Shown here: positions 15,001 to 21,300 of the stretch, piece by piece
Position numbering within the stretch: position 1 is the first letter of the stretch
Layout of the letters: each line of letters opens with the position of its first letter
Source of the DNA: Piromyces finnis finn
Taxonomy: Eukaryota; Fungi; Neocallimastigomycota
DNA length: 64,000 nt
Reading direction: 5' to 3'
Assembly: GCA_002104945.1 (NCBI GenBank)
Contig: MCFH01000002.1
Coordinates: 310,001-374,000 of the forward strand
Program-made: the position numbers and the translations under genes
The notes under the pieces: model-generated
What the model was told of the DNA's origin: nothing
The model's database searches: none
Seen by the model: the letters and a program-made list of their open reading frames with translations, nothing else

Positions 15001-16615
15001 TATTGAATGGATAGGAAATAACAATACCATGAAACTTGAAAATATAAATAATATGAAAATATACAGTAGAAATCCTGAAATTGAGCCATACTTTGATGGA
15101 ATGTTTAAGGGATTTAAAATTTTGGTGGTCATCTTGTATTTGGGAGGATATGAATATAACGGAAAAATCAGGGATCAAAATATCACCATACAACAATTTT
15201 ACTCTGGTACTGGTATGGCATTAAAAAGAAAAGGCTTTGAATACAAATTAGTTTTTAGTTATGGTGATGCTATTAATGAACTTACTAAATCTGAAGAAAA
15301 TCGATGTCCATACATAGAAACATGGGTATTCTGTAGTAGTGGGGATGGATCTTTGCCCGACATCGCTATTGATAAAGACAACAATAAGATTATTCCATTT
15401 TTCGAATGTATTACTTCATTTAATAATAATGGCGGTGGATTATTATTGTTTTGTGATAATGAACCCTATACTTTAGAAGCCAATATATTACTTTCTGAAT
15501 ATTTGAAATTTGAAAATGAATATGGTCATAATGTAAAACCACAATTTTCCATGAAAGGAAATTACAATCAACCTGACTTTGAAAAAAAAAATATTACATC
15601 ATTAGAACCTAACGATACAAGAAAAAATGGCAGATTTAAATCAGATGTTATGCTTCCATCACCTGGAAAATGTAAGGATAGAATGTCCCTAAGAACTGGA
15701 TTAATAAAGTTTAATGAAGGAATTACATTATCCTATGCTGAATTTACAGGTGACTCAAAGACCTATTCACCATTTACCCCATTTGCCTATTTATCCGATG
15801 AATCCAATGAACGACCATTTATTTTGTATTATGATCCGAAGATGAAAAATCCTACCATAAATCAAGGTCCAATAGTGATACATGGTGGTTTTACCTCAGC
15901 ATTTTATGACTTTACGTTTGACGGTACTGGTAGACTTGTAATTTCAATTGCATGTTGGTTAGTGAGGTATGAAGAAAGATTTCATCAACAAATGCAAGAA
16001 GAGATGAGGATAGATATGGTTAAAAATATACCTTCAATAGACATTCCAGAAAATAAAAATGAAAATTTCACAAGATGGGTTAATAGCAATAGAAATCTCT
16101 ATTCTATTATTATTTTAGATGTTTCAGGATCTATGGAAGGTTTCTATTCACCACTTATTAATATGTCCAATTCCATTATTAAAAGACAAATGGAAAATCC
16201 AGAAAATAAAGGAACTATTATTTTCTTTGCTACAACAGCCAAAGCAGTACTTACAGAAGAATATAGAGAATTAACAATTGGTGATATACATAAAGCTAGA
16301 GTTGGTAAATGGACTAATTCCTATTTAGCTTTTTCAGAAGCCAAAAAATATATTAATCCTACTAATCAATATGATGATAAAAGATTATTATTCCTAACCG
16401 ATGGAAAGTGTGATTGTAGTAGTCTCAAACCATTATGTGATGATATAGCAAATGCAGGATTTTCAATACATATTCTTGGATTTGGAGAAGAAAAAACTTT
16501 CATTAATTTAAAACCGTTTGTAAGAGATAACAATAGAAACAAAGGAACATTCCAAGTTTATAATAATTTTATTGAAGTTGCCGATTCAGCTAAAAAGACA
16601 TTTGCAGCTGAATAA
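2..16615 (+). CDS. Giant midasin/Rea1-like AAA+ ATPase with six AAA modules and three vWA modules; 5'-partial, more than 5530 aa, intronless in this window
   Basis: The ORF track starts at a TTG at 119, but the frame is open back to base 2 (FCQKKIEEYNNSPEGQKRRITTILTPETIKKIKQIIFGLLANTPMIIKGFTSAGKS), so the true start lies outside the window. Walker A-type motifs: GFTSAGKS (~146), GKNGSGLT (~983), GTAGTGKS (~2201), GETSYKS (~3188), GPPGRGKT (~4451), GDIGTGKT (~5390). Each is followed by a midasin-style Walker B segment (ILILDECD, VILDGIN, ILVDEFN, LIIKGIN, LLLDEIN, WILIDDLN). A midasin-type MIDAS lead-in is present (KKWIASGFTYKEIFLKKAGKTKRKYKITVAIDFSSS ... FITDG), as is a terminal vWA (IILDVSGSM ... 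FLTDG). Symbol withheld because the architecture departs from canonical MDN1. Confidence 0.9.
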   Translation, partial: FCQKKIEEYNNSPEGQKRRITTILTPETIKKIKQIIFGLLANTPMIIKGFTSAGKSFNAIVSSVIHGGQSPVSIVLSENTTVEDLLGKYILQRKESSMMSFVPGVLLKAYIEGKILILDECDLAKPEVLSCILGSLSKDEITVNNRIYRKTKGYNVILTMNGETEGFTSTQRNELNLNILSKFVIIEFDKMSKEECELIFMKLMPNAYKQNVPNFVNLHNRMLEYSQKTIDPIVTLRNLKACIYLLKVNIPVRASAEIAYSGRFPIDERNEFNDILGNFGSDDIDSNIKKEIIKRFDEYNLYYNDSYLKCAYLALSACKAGLHPLLIGKNGSGLTELAKFVACNYSISTDTFLSESKRTNVEVVCLGSETSTDDLVGCFQPILCKTEDLTKLISWVDGPIFRAGKSGNPVILDGINCAKSQVIEYLNPLLEDNSVFNNVKFNVKEKGDEEYVNIEKGFIIIGTMKVEEGIEKISKALMNRFVAIYLDDFSLNAEVIEKITYLTVKKLENKNKKSFEVDDTLTNNCDYNKIENESLLEMEDERIERDEEEDEITSESDFDEEEDGQGIVFSDSNEEESENDKEGEFNNLSHFTNERNNANISSEYSNDNCETKEEDIPNWYNMNNFNSINIKEIVELLKNVEFKNIKTLIKTITKLYYIIQRTKMSGSDSYTFLKLTDDIFDLKNIDKLISDVLNDNEKGSNIFFFNNNKIGNAKKMILSLILSDLSCSPIFIQGTAGTGKSVAVRHYGSFRKFRNRDPILTISCSSEMTFEQFIGTYSFRNTSFQFIEGPLLTAMRNGEPILVDEFNLCSEEVLLSLLPLLKAEINDSIQLKGVPYKVKINQGFVFIATGNNDNESGRKKLPNSILDELINVKISNPSLEEYKGLIDEIINNEYKECSRYISSDNICDIVEVVESVAQQSFTLRHIKILLNRIKRFCTEELTCLEISNEEYRKIPVAYVIISFIIPSLKVGKERIEQLVEKIGIITNIDSKELLEFIKSEAIIVSRQSRYYLKKNYIKKGKIILSTSLKKNYPPIILQTYFWIRMSCSLNFDSPSEETLLLVGETSYKSYILEQWLDSLESDSYEEHFVTGNTETQDLIGISTLENKDKLSNYIDSLVEKAILYLHGDRKNINGAREEKLRSIMNELEIDEKGIIHNNKNNVCLEFIYRCIKELINLEENYDKSMGIKTVTSFNLGIISSACIFGKKLIIKGINQISSSVLERINSVLEYPRSLVLNEDTQGIFNNQKIFKDLYKSNRRSIPISNKFTLCFTSREIINGKLSEAFKSRCSTIICPSYDNSLYLGIIQIDKYENYSLIAKSIITKNELQKEIIKLYNKITNNKIIIPVLSFIRWCNTTERISEYLQDTSFKEIVGIAVLRSIFDGFEPNNRTRIIRELLLEYLPENLYNLIVNDENNDDYKPPFEIENKDEDFKYVKSIYSGIKLQVTNPKIDKLNEIKWTKSASDMADSILTSLVAHTMLIFEGPPGRGKTAIATIIYEFLDIDYRRINLSPSTTEEDIFSRTVPKITNDSNEKNIKTEIQLGPLLQIVQKSSNSIKYCKNALLLDEINLASNELLTQLYSFLISIFYKKEYHTSYGKNYKIGKIGVIATMNDAKLSNARTALSSNILNLSHTFKLSNYEQKEMMILANNILGREKLFKKKEFMIRTLNCFLNSQKYIKNNLEIGGFTLREILKIGEFTNKCPDVPLDALLEIVLCSNMSDEDAYKFKEENQFTNTLSNITPDIKNNKLRFKDLIEYDLIRFRCDGPLKRQFTSPEKDALMKILIGLKAMRTILLSGDIGTGKTYIVETLAEIIGVKLNIIQFNAETSSSDTIGKTEMSVDSNEEYDIKKELNKLKKILIKEKWPRITSFICMDFYNSKDIKKFFGKLCKENPISNEAKDQLEIYCCKLEKYSTLSFTNFEFKKSLLLNAMEKGEWILIDDLNYAPQEIERLMPLLEESPSLTIFEQSPQIKYSRNYIEDTDTIKHIQIHKNFRLFLIASNENALSTAIKSRCLCVRLKPFEKPQHYSELIYSCLSNSNLPENDIISIATHLGRAFHDIKNSEKEIYFLLKNLKLTPVNLVYLSKVLSNYSEVNGKTLFDGIKFCIFSMFKNKNEQISRFKKSLSSEIDFNISTYNTGIMKDKKYILCKIEIKILSYAKLLKNKEISNNDIDKEFNDKLNSLFKKKYKTKRVANIKINNEKENEIIDFIKRAKNDIINNLEQFTLEDIEEYKEYIEEVLFILENFIPEEKEIYDYLYYLKYLNLLLKELTSIKNKKVKGLKLNTIENSKDYFLQFGDSKEEAEENALKVYWFRNVLNGFDIFIPEKVSTKNLNLSIINIYYNHYAEEYNTLPLDYTSKIKIEPYIYLKFLENIKLRKILKYFNFTINDGYIEEIFYTLVHYKKSIEIHTSVNEILEIIMFIGENSKFIIEYNNGYCINKYKIEELRDNLKLNELYSKYKYNVKDIYKKNMDYIIPLSLKKNNNLIGGNIYWFYNIFAKEYDLKSVINNNMLCEFNKAIENILRLKTYNTKNMEGIWNNELKDILNKGYQLIYSLQGLKNILLEEENKEEKIKEFIENIMTLKKYKLFHMCESKNVIIENIINLIDLIKDFFKRYEINIWDEMELFKNTCIIYLESEKLKEKYETEKIKYVNQLNQILLKLNNICNQDNKNKFDSIDKEIRGLLKFINNTDIEDIANKIREIEKQLSMFKIANDDNINKMSSKKSQILNDTNVNNNNNETIKSEVLVKYSKLCNIINRMKKTKEQQLLINNMFMFCDISTLDNFINTYKVSFMKCLDDKSVLEVLIKELKHLVNSLLISDIINIYNEYSQYEDYLTFIKEILSNNLNYIKILGNYFEDDAYIYLPKLDIIDLKYCVQYGIKNKEYGSLIKSITHDLNIKIRNPEEGETTEEYLKYLIYQFDKDIDFSHSIEEIILSLDKKHIETVKNLYNAAKIVELFKSIKYDYNKEWLMKDVDEMKNSYWKEPGKILVKYKYSSLLHFNQFSDKNIFDGEKIIAKSLYAAHEALNLKNIQYKKGILNDILTEVLNNIYNDTINNYNYGYRTILFYNNNIYKDNVGETMVSIIYSAFEILLQIDDIVENYHVKNIIKEIINKFIVNCINYESPDFDNIDITNICNILINNSLSKYNLMYKNKKEEYEEEIITYREKFITIVEKLKEKYENIYETEKSQYLKKLEDYNNKIYNLREKYKKEFTFDKFITNIYTKKNKNYSDCDQDNKEAKKKYTEYMKKNTEDEEILKYYKINISKPFDENIDEKIKSFNKECNSLLLLEIYDINIFEYKTIINSNKITNFIEDDRDKQLYLKYEDNLKEKINDYINIINDNKNFMKEIKNITIPSYRCSEYNIEADVKTLMEWIKKLLNCKINMKINEYKEIPHNKETNITETIKMYSTDTNWINDSKNRPSFLLDNINIDLGIYILKQIHVNNVGSVIFNNTCSYPITFELEQSEKNGIKAYTNGNTIQQNKPLNIKFRLNKNPDTNETIKCEFYIKLIKNNEECDRCKVVAYLNVIPFCIKFKFNEKYNIDENNNLSINHYINDSLEIMYNYPGNYSSNNLGIIIKQNEDNCNNDLTIEQQQGIIRSTFKSKLQQPIVKCSYNKKINLNKLQLINLNLNFPIPTYFGLVVYDEKEINMQSIDVEKDNPITLYLFNMSATSININYHYNNRNIELMEKTENINPGEKKKLIFKVLKESYSENLYLGINNKNIDINVISLPKLTKEKHFILKYKYICCNLITKSIQNKLKCIIIDNQYKIIQKDKVETIKYKYDSLSSCYLLYNNKVCDKVIKEESNYNYNKNVNCSVYGFSNNNLCTNKIYNVDIVLKYESKNNHVFSTNQMKEFSKILKDEKFKNDLQSNDRERIEASINKLIDAELSLNENINENIKNIKIDESEKTSIKNIIVYLMKMSNDYLIDNFIEQLKKWLKEMYNRSILLPYFNVNTELNENIKDFLNKLKYIISFVDIVVNPMILSEDILDYIKSSSNSNIKLISNYRELTNIFNRCFRYGLEKDSETSEIIFYDGKYVKGDVFDAFDKQIKNSKMDNQSYNIDKINNFIKIYRKEIQEIIDKIINNKVSISNLLNILDECIDIIAKCPLILSTIDNNKELFNYCISNSQRIYDFIYKLTKSPINETHFSKRICKTLYAIHNILSQYEFFDLFTTISSHFDSSYIKTYGAIVQCELPFDNTYENDITASKKMNKKCNSYEINSKRRNAHFSKSQFASREYENYKNESFNNTNNVEKPIFVKENKVDHKNKFTRVLSDEEINKLSVPYFNQNIEENKEKDSNDDNILENNISDILQNQCKDIKISMDILEANFGKITPEKFLEMILERTACLNQSLSEIRYSMVKRDGLNKDGSFNYYDECSEASSYIQSIISNSLKSELEFIDNNNILLPYSVVDSYVDIAVDITHMSPIQRIASLVISTGLSISLSSYGIKIRISVFGERNGVWIFSNDFETSIEIQLSRLRDALSSKKRYMSIPGDALLSLKKDWIEKEYENKKTKYTSVLISSLISPQVVNKVVKWDEIISNNIVVFGLKSDFSEEFMKRHKVYEQLLQVPSKNNENITQQFLDPMNVINQNESESELLEILCKSLVRSCRYKLEEDKDNFKETKIIVNNNHNDLNEEISLKYLIESILNNRNDVTFFAQNKEHTTTEVYNLNNSFVQTKTQLPSIYEETQNSILCDNGSIGVLKDAAEKLLKTSFGLAFPPNASSKKVPTASGGTISIPALKKWIASGFTYKEIFLKKAGKTKRKYKITVAIDFSSSIHLSCNYSHAISTTLLLLIAPSILQDNEEISIDVIISTIDGPKIMYISSKANTFESISYIQSIINIIDKEAPKFCTPGNTLNAAYQLQLEKSGINMGRNIFFITDGYVTSRKEVMFANSIISSCENSGIELMTFGVGSYPYGIKQLYPKCCYAPSILNLADALSYLFSLSRNPACDKIIPQVIISSISEELQTKLSEMINQPPDNTELQESIENTLMDYIEWIGNNNTMKLENINNMKIYSRNPEIEPYFDGMFKGFKILVVILYLGGYEYNGKIRDQNITIQQFYSGTGMALKRKGFEYKLVFSYGDAINELTKSEENRCPYIETWVFCSSGDGSLPDIAIDKDNNKIIPFFECITSFNNNGGGLLLFCDNEPYTLEANILLSEYLKFENEYGHNVKPQFSMKGNYNQPDFEKKNITSLEPNDTRKNGRFKSDVMLPSPGKCKDRMSLRTGLIKFNEGITLSYAEFTGDSKTYSPFTPFAYLSDESNERPFILYYDPKMKNPTINQGPIVIHGGFTSAFYDFTFDGTGRLVISIACWLVRYEERFHQQMQEEMRIDMVKNIPSIDIPENKNENFTRWVNSNRNLYSIIILDVSGSMEGFYSPLINMSNSIIKRQMENPENKGTIIFFATTAKAVLTEEYRELTIGDIHKARVGKWTNSYLAFSEAKKYINPTNQYDDKRLLFLTDGKCDCSSLKPLCDDIANAGFSIHILGFGEEKTFINLKPFVRDNNRNKGTFQVYNNFIEVADSAKKTFAAE

Positions 16616-17556
16616 AAATTAATATAATAATTTTTTTTTTCTTTTATTCAACATAGTTTAAAACTATTAATAATTCTATTAAAAATTTTTATTTTTTTTT
16701 TTTATAATAAGAACTATGTAAAATAATATAAAATTATCTTCTTAATAATAAATTATTTAATAAATAAATATTTATTTAATAATAATAATAAAAAAAAGTT
16801 TCAATATACTTTTTATAATAAATTTTCTTTACAGAGCTTCAGCAGCAGCAGTAATAATTTCATAACAAAAAAAAAAATAGATTTATAAAGAACTAAATTT
16901 GATATCAATTCAAAAAAAAAAAAAAAAAAAAAAAACAAGTATATCCCGTTTAAATATAAACATTCTCTTTTTTTTTATTTTTTTATTTGTAGTTGTAGTT
17001 AATATTTTATTTTTGTCTATTATAAAAAATTTTGATTTTTATATTTTAAATCTAATACTTTTTCATGTTTTACAGATAGCTATTTATTGTTATATTCTAT
17101 ATATATATACTGAGTTTACAATAACATTTAAAAAAAGATCAAACTAATTAGTTATAATAATAGTAATAATTATAATATATATATGGGAATCAATAATTAT
17201 TTTCCTCATTATAAAAAAACATAAAATATTGAATGGTAACTGCATTAGAGTGTCACTTGGACCTTTTTCATACTGAACTAATTTAAATTTTTTATATAGG
17301 AATGGGTTGAAAAAAAAAAAAATTAAAATCAAATTATTTACAATTAACCATAATATATTTTTTTATTATTTATTATTTTTACAAAATAATATTGTGATAG
17401 ATATATAAATGTATATTAATAAATAAGTTTTGAAAATATCAAATTACTGAATAAAAGTAGGGTATATGATTAAATTACAAATTATATTTTTAAATTATTA
17501 GGTTTTTTTTTCTTTTCATTTCTTTTTTTTTTTAAAAAAAAAAAATAGTGTAAATT

Positions 17557-18075
17557 TTATGAATTATACATCCATTCAGTTTCATCCAGTTCTTTTACAA
17601 AATCTTCTAAATCTCTTTCTATATCCAATCGTTGTTCTATATAAAATTTAATATTCACAAATAGGCAAATAGGATAATGTATTAAAATAAAATATATTTA
17701 TAATAAAAGTAAACATTATGAGTAATTTATTTAAATAACATATATATATGTATATATATACATATATATTTCATTTAAAGTTGATATTTATATTAATTGA
17801 ATTTACCTTCTCTCATATCTTCTAAAATTTTAGTTTGTGTTTCAAGGGATTCAATTTGTTTTCTAAAATTATTAACTTTTTTTTTTTTTTAGAAAAAAAA
17901 AAAAAAAAAAAGTATTAACATTTAAGAATATTTACATTTTTGAAAAAAAATATATATAATATATTTTAAAATTTTATAAAAAGATGATTAATAATAAATC
18001 ATTACTTGGTCTTTTTTTCAATGCTAAATTAAGTGAAGGAAAATTGGCTTCATTGAATGAATTATATCTTATCAT
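17557..18075 (-). CDS. Small 3-exon protein (72 aa), C-terminus APC16-like; absent from the ORF track
   Basis: Hand-spliced exons 18075-18006, 17875-17807 and 17636-17557, with GT..AG introns and consistent phases (1,1). Product: MIRYNSFNEANFPSLNLALKKRPINNFRKQIESLETQTKILEDMREEQRLDIERDLEDFVKELDETEWMYNS*. The exons are GC-enriched against the flanks. Gene existence is fairly well supported; the APC16 identity is tentative. Confidence 0.7.
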
Positions 18076-18747
18076 ATTATTTATAATATTAAATGAATAA
18101 TATTTGTGGTAATGATGATACTATTGTATTAATTAAAATATTTTATATATTTTTTAAATGGGAATTTATTTAAATTTAGATGACTATTTATTTATTCGAA
18201 TTAAATATTAAATAACACTTTAGAGATACAAAAAAAAAAAAGAAAAAATTATTTTTTTTATTATTTTAAACATTAATAAAATTTAAGAATTTTTTGGTAT
18301 GATATATCCACTTTTTTTTAAAAAAAAAAAATAAAATTAAATAATTTTCAATAAATATAGAAATTATGGTTAATACGACTGTATTAAAAGGTTCATTTAT
18401 ATAAAGTATAATAAAATAAAAAATAGTCAATTTATAATGGTTTATACACAACACTTTACAAATATTAATTTTAATTTTAAACTTTTTTTTTTTTTTCATT
18501 TTTATTATATTCATTTGATTAGTTTATTTTATATGAAAAGTAATATTTTCATAAAAATATAAAGTAACTATAGAACTTTTATAGTAGCCTTTAGATGCAT
18601 TATGAATTGAGTTAAAAAAAAAAAAATTTACAATAAATAAAATAATGATTTAGGATTAAGAAAAAAATATGGTTTAAAAAAAAAAATTTACAATGTACAT
18701 ATAAATATATATGTAAATAATTATGGATAAATAAATAAAATGATGAA

Positions 18748-18779
<32 letters not shown>

Positions 18780-18806
18780 GAAATATTTTAAAAATTATTT
18801 AGCTTG

Positions 18807-21300
18807 TTAGGAATGAGTTATAAAATTAATGGACATAATCTTATTACAAAAATCTTTCTTTATATTTTTATCTGAGATGGAATTATTTGGAATTCTTTCT
18901 TTATTATTTTCTTGAATATTAATTATTGGATTCGAATCATTATAATAAGAATATAGATGCAATGATTGTGAATAAGGGATATCGTATGAATATTTATGAG
19001 ATAAATTAGATTCGTTTTTTTCAAAATTGGGATGGTTTAATTCTAATAATATATGATTTGATGGTGGATACTCATTTTTATTTTTTTGTTTTTCAAAGTA
19101 ATCATCTTTTTTTTCTAAAGGGTAATAATCATTTCCACTACCCTGATTTGTATTTTTATGAATCGAAAAAGATGAGGAATAAGTATCAACATCTTCAAAA
19201 TTTTCTTTTCTATGATAATTATCATAAAAATCTTTTTTTAAGGGTATGGATTCCTTTGACATTGGCGTTCTTTTTTCTTCTCTATTATAATCAAATTGAT
19301 CTACATCAAGTGTTGATGCTGACATTAGGGTATCATTATAATAATTTTTATTACTATAATTAATAGAATCATCAGAATATTTTTTATATGAGGAAGATTC
19401 ATAATAATTTTCTTTATTTTGACATAACTCTGGATGAAAAAGCTCACTAGATGAATATTTTCTAATATGCGTTAATGGTACATCTTTTATTTTTTTCTTT
19501 AATTTTGTATGTCTCAAATCGTTGTAATAATCTCTTGTTAAATAGGAATGACTATCATGTTTAAGATCCATTTTATTATCATTACTGTTATTAATGTGGT
19601 GATGATGATTGTAATATTCATATTTTAAATCTTTATTATGATCACTATTATTATTATTGTTACAGTTTTTGTAGTGGTGGTGGTGGTGGTGGTAATTATC
19701 ATTAAAATAGGAAATATTATTTGATTTTTCTGAAAAGTGATTTTTGTTACTATTAACATTAGGTGAAAGGTTGGCATGAGTTCTAGAATCATTAGAAATA
19801 GTGGATACATATTTTTTATTACTAATAAAATCTTTAGTATCTCCTTCATCCATACTCATCCAAGCTATTTCATTGTTAAAATATTCTGATGAAGAATTAG
19901 AGTATTTATCGTCATTATGATAGATAACATTCATATTATGATTATTAGAATAATTATCTGGATGATCAAAATTTGGATGATTATAATAATTTTTGAGATG
20001 ACTATTGGGTAGATTATTAATTCTATTAGTATTATCTTGTTTGTTAGATTTTTTGTTTTCATAATATTTTGATGGTGAATTTAAGGAGAAAGAAGATAAA
20101 TTATGCGTATCATTAGGAAGCGTATTATTAGTGATATTATGAATTGGTGTTGAATAATCCTTAGTGTTCAATGAATATCTTTGAAATAAGTTTTTATTAC
20201 TTTCATTTTTTAAATGGTTGGATTCATAGGAATCCTTATTTATTAAATAGTCTAAACTTTTATTCCTATTATCGTTATTATTATTATCATTATTATTATC
20301 ATTACTTACATTATCATCATTGATACTGAATGAATTCTTAAAAGTGTTTTCCGTTTGTTTACGACTTTGATTATTATCTTGTGATGGAATCATTGATATA
20401 TTATTTCTATTATCATTAATTTCTATTTTATTTGAATAGATACTATCTATAGCACTATTGAAAAGACTTATACTTTTCTTTGAAGAAGCATGCTTTTTAA
20501 CGTCACTACTTAAAACTTTTCTTTTTGTAATTTCATTTTTTTGCTTATGTAATTTTTGATAATGTAATTGTTCATGATGTTTTAAACCATCTTTTCTTGA
20601 AAAACGTTTATTACAATTTAAAAATGAACATTTATAAGGTCTTTCAACTGAATGAAAACGTATATGTCTATATAATACTTCTTTTCTTTTTTTTTATTAA
20701 TATATCATATATATAAAAATATATTATTTTAATTATATTATTTTTTATTTAATATTCATTTTAATTCATTTTAATTTTATTTAATGTCATTTTAATTTTT
20801 ATTTTATTTATTTATTTATTTTTAAATTGTATTAATTTATTAAAAAATTTTATTAATTAAAAAAAAAAATTTCAATGTACACACAGTAGGAGACATGTTT
20901 TAAATTATATATTTATTTAATTATTATTATTATTATTATTATTTCTCTTTCTCATACTGATACCCTTATTACTTTTTTTTTCGTATAAAAACAAATAATT
21001 TTTTGAATTGAAAAAACAATAACATTTTACAAAGACTTAATTTTCATTTTACATAACTTTCAATTGATGGAAAATACTAATTTAAAATTATAAAAATTAT
21101 TCAATAAAAAAAAAAAAAGACCATAAATAATATAAATACCTATCAAAACTTTTTAAACATAGTGGACATTGATAAATTTCTTTTGGGTATTTTCCATGGT
21201 CATTAGGATAAGCAAAATTTGGTGATGGTATATTTGATAATTGTGTATATGGGTAATATAATGTTTTAGGTAATGTTGATATTGTCGTTTTTGAAAACAT
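18807..21300 (-). CDS. C2H2 zinc-finger transcription factor (two fingers, Egr/Krueppel-like), paralog 1, ~679 aa
   Basis: Exon 1 is 21300-21140 (ends YQCPLCLKSFDR) and exon 2 is 20685-18807. Splicing gives CPLCLKSFDRKEVLYRHIRFHSVERPYKCSFLNCNKRFSRKDGLKHHEQLH, two canonical C2H2 fingers with a TGEKPY-like linker. The frame is continuous into ORF 18807..20393 (N/H/S-rich) and ends KIMSINFITHS*. Confidence 0.85.

Noticed and set aside
1033-15196. Short ORFs overlapping the giant ORF (e.g. 1033-1560, 7996-8331, 10702-11013, 13987-14328)
   Set aside because: These are antisense or alternate-frame shadows of a strongly biased coding strand, with no independent motifs.
119-16615. Calling the giant ORF the canonical ribosome-biogenesis MDN1/REA1
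   Set aside because: It has no long D/E-rich region, two dead AAA modules, and extra vWA and GATase-like modules after the MIDAS. It is related, but orthology is unsupported.
16830-17332. GC-richer patches (minus strand YEIITAAAEAL*; ORF 17144-17332)
   Set aside because: I could not build a coherent spliced gene. They may be UTR sequence of flanking genes.
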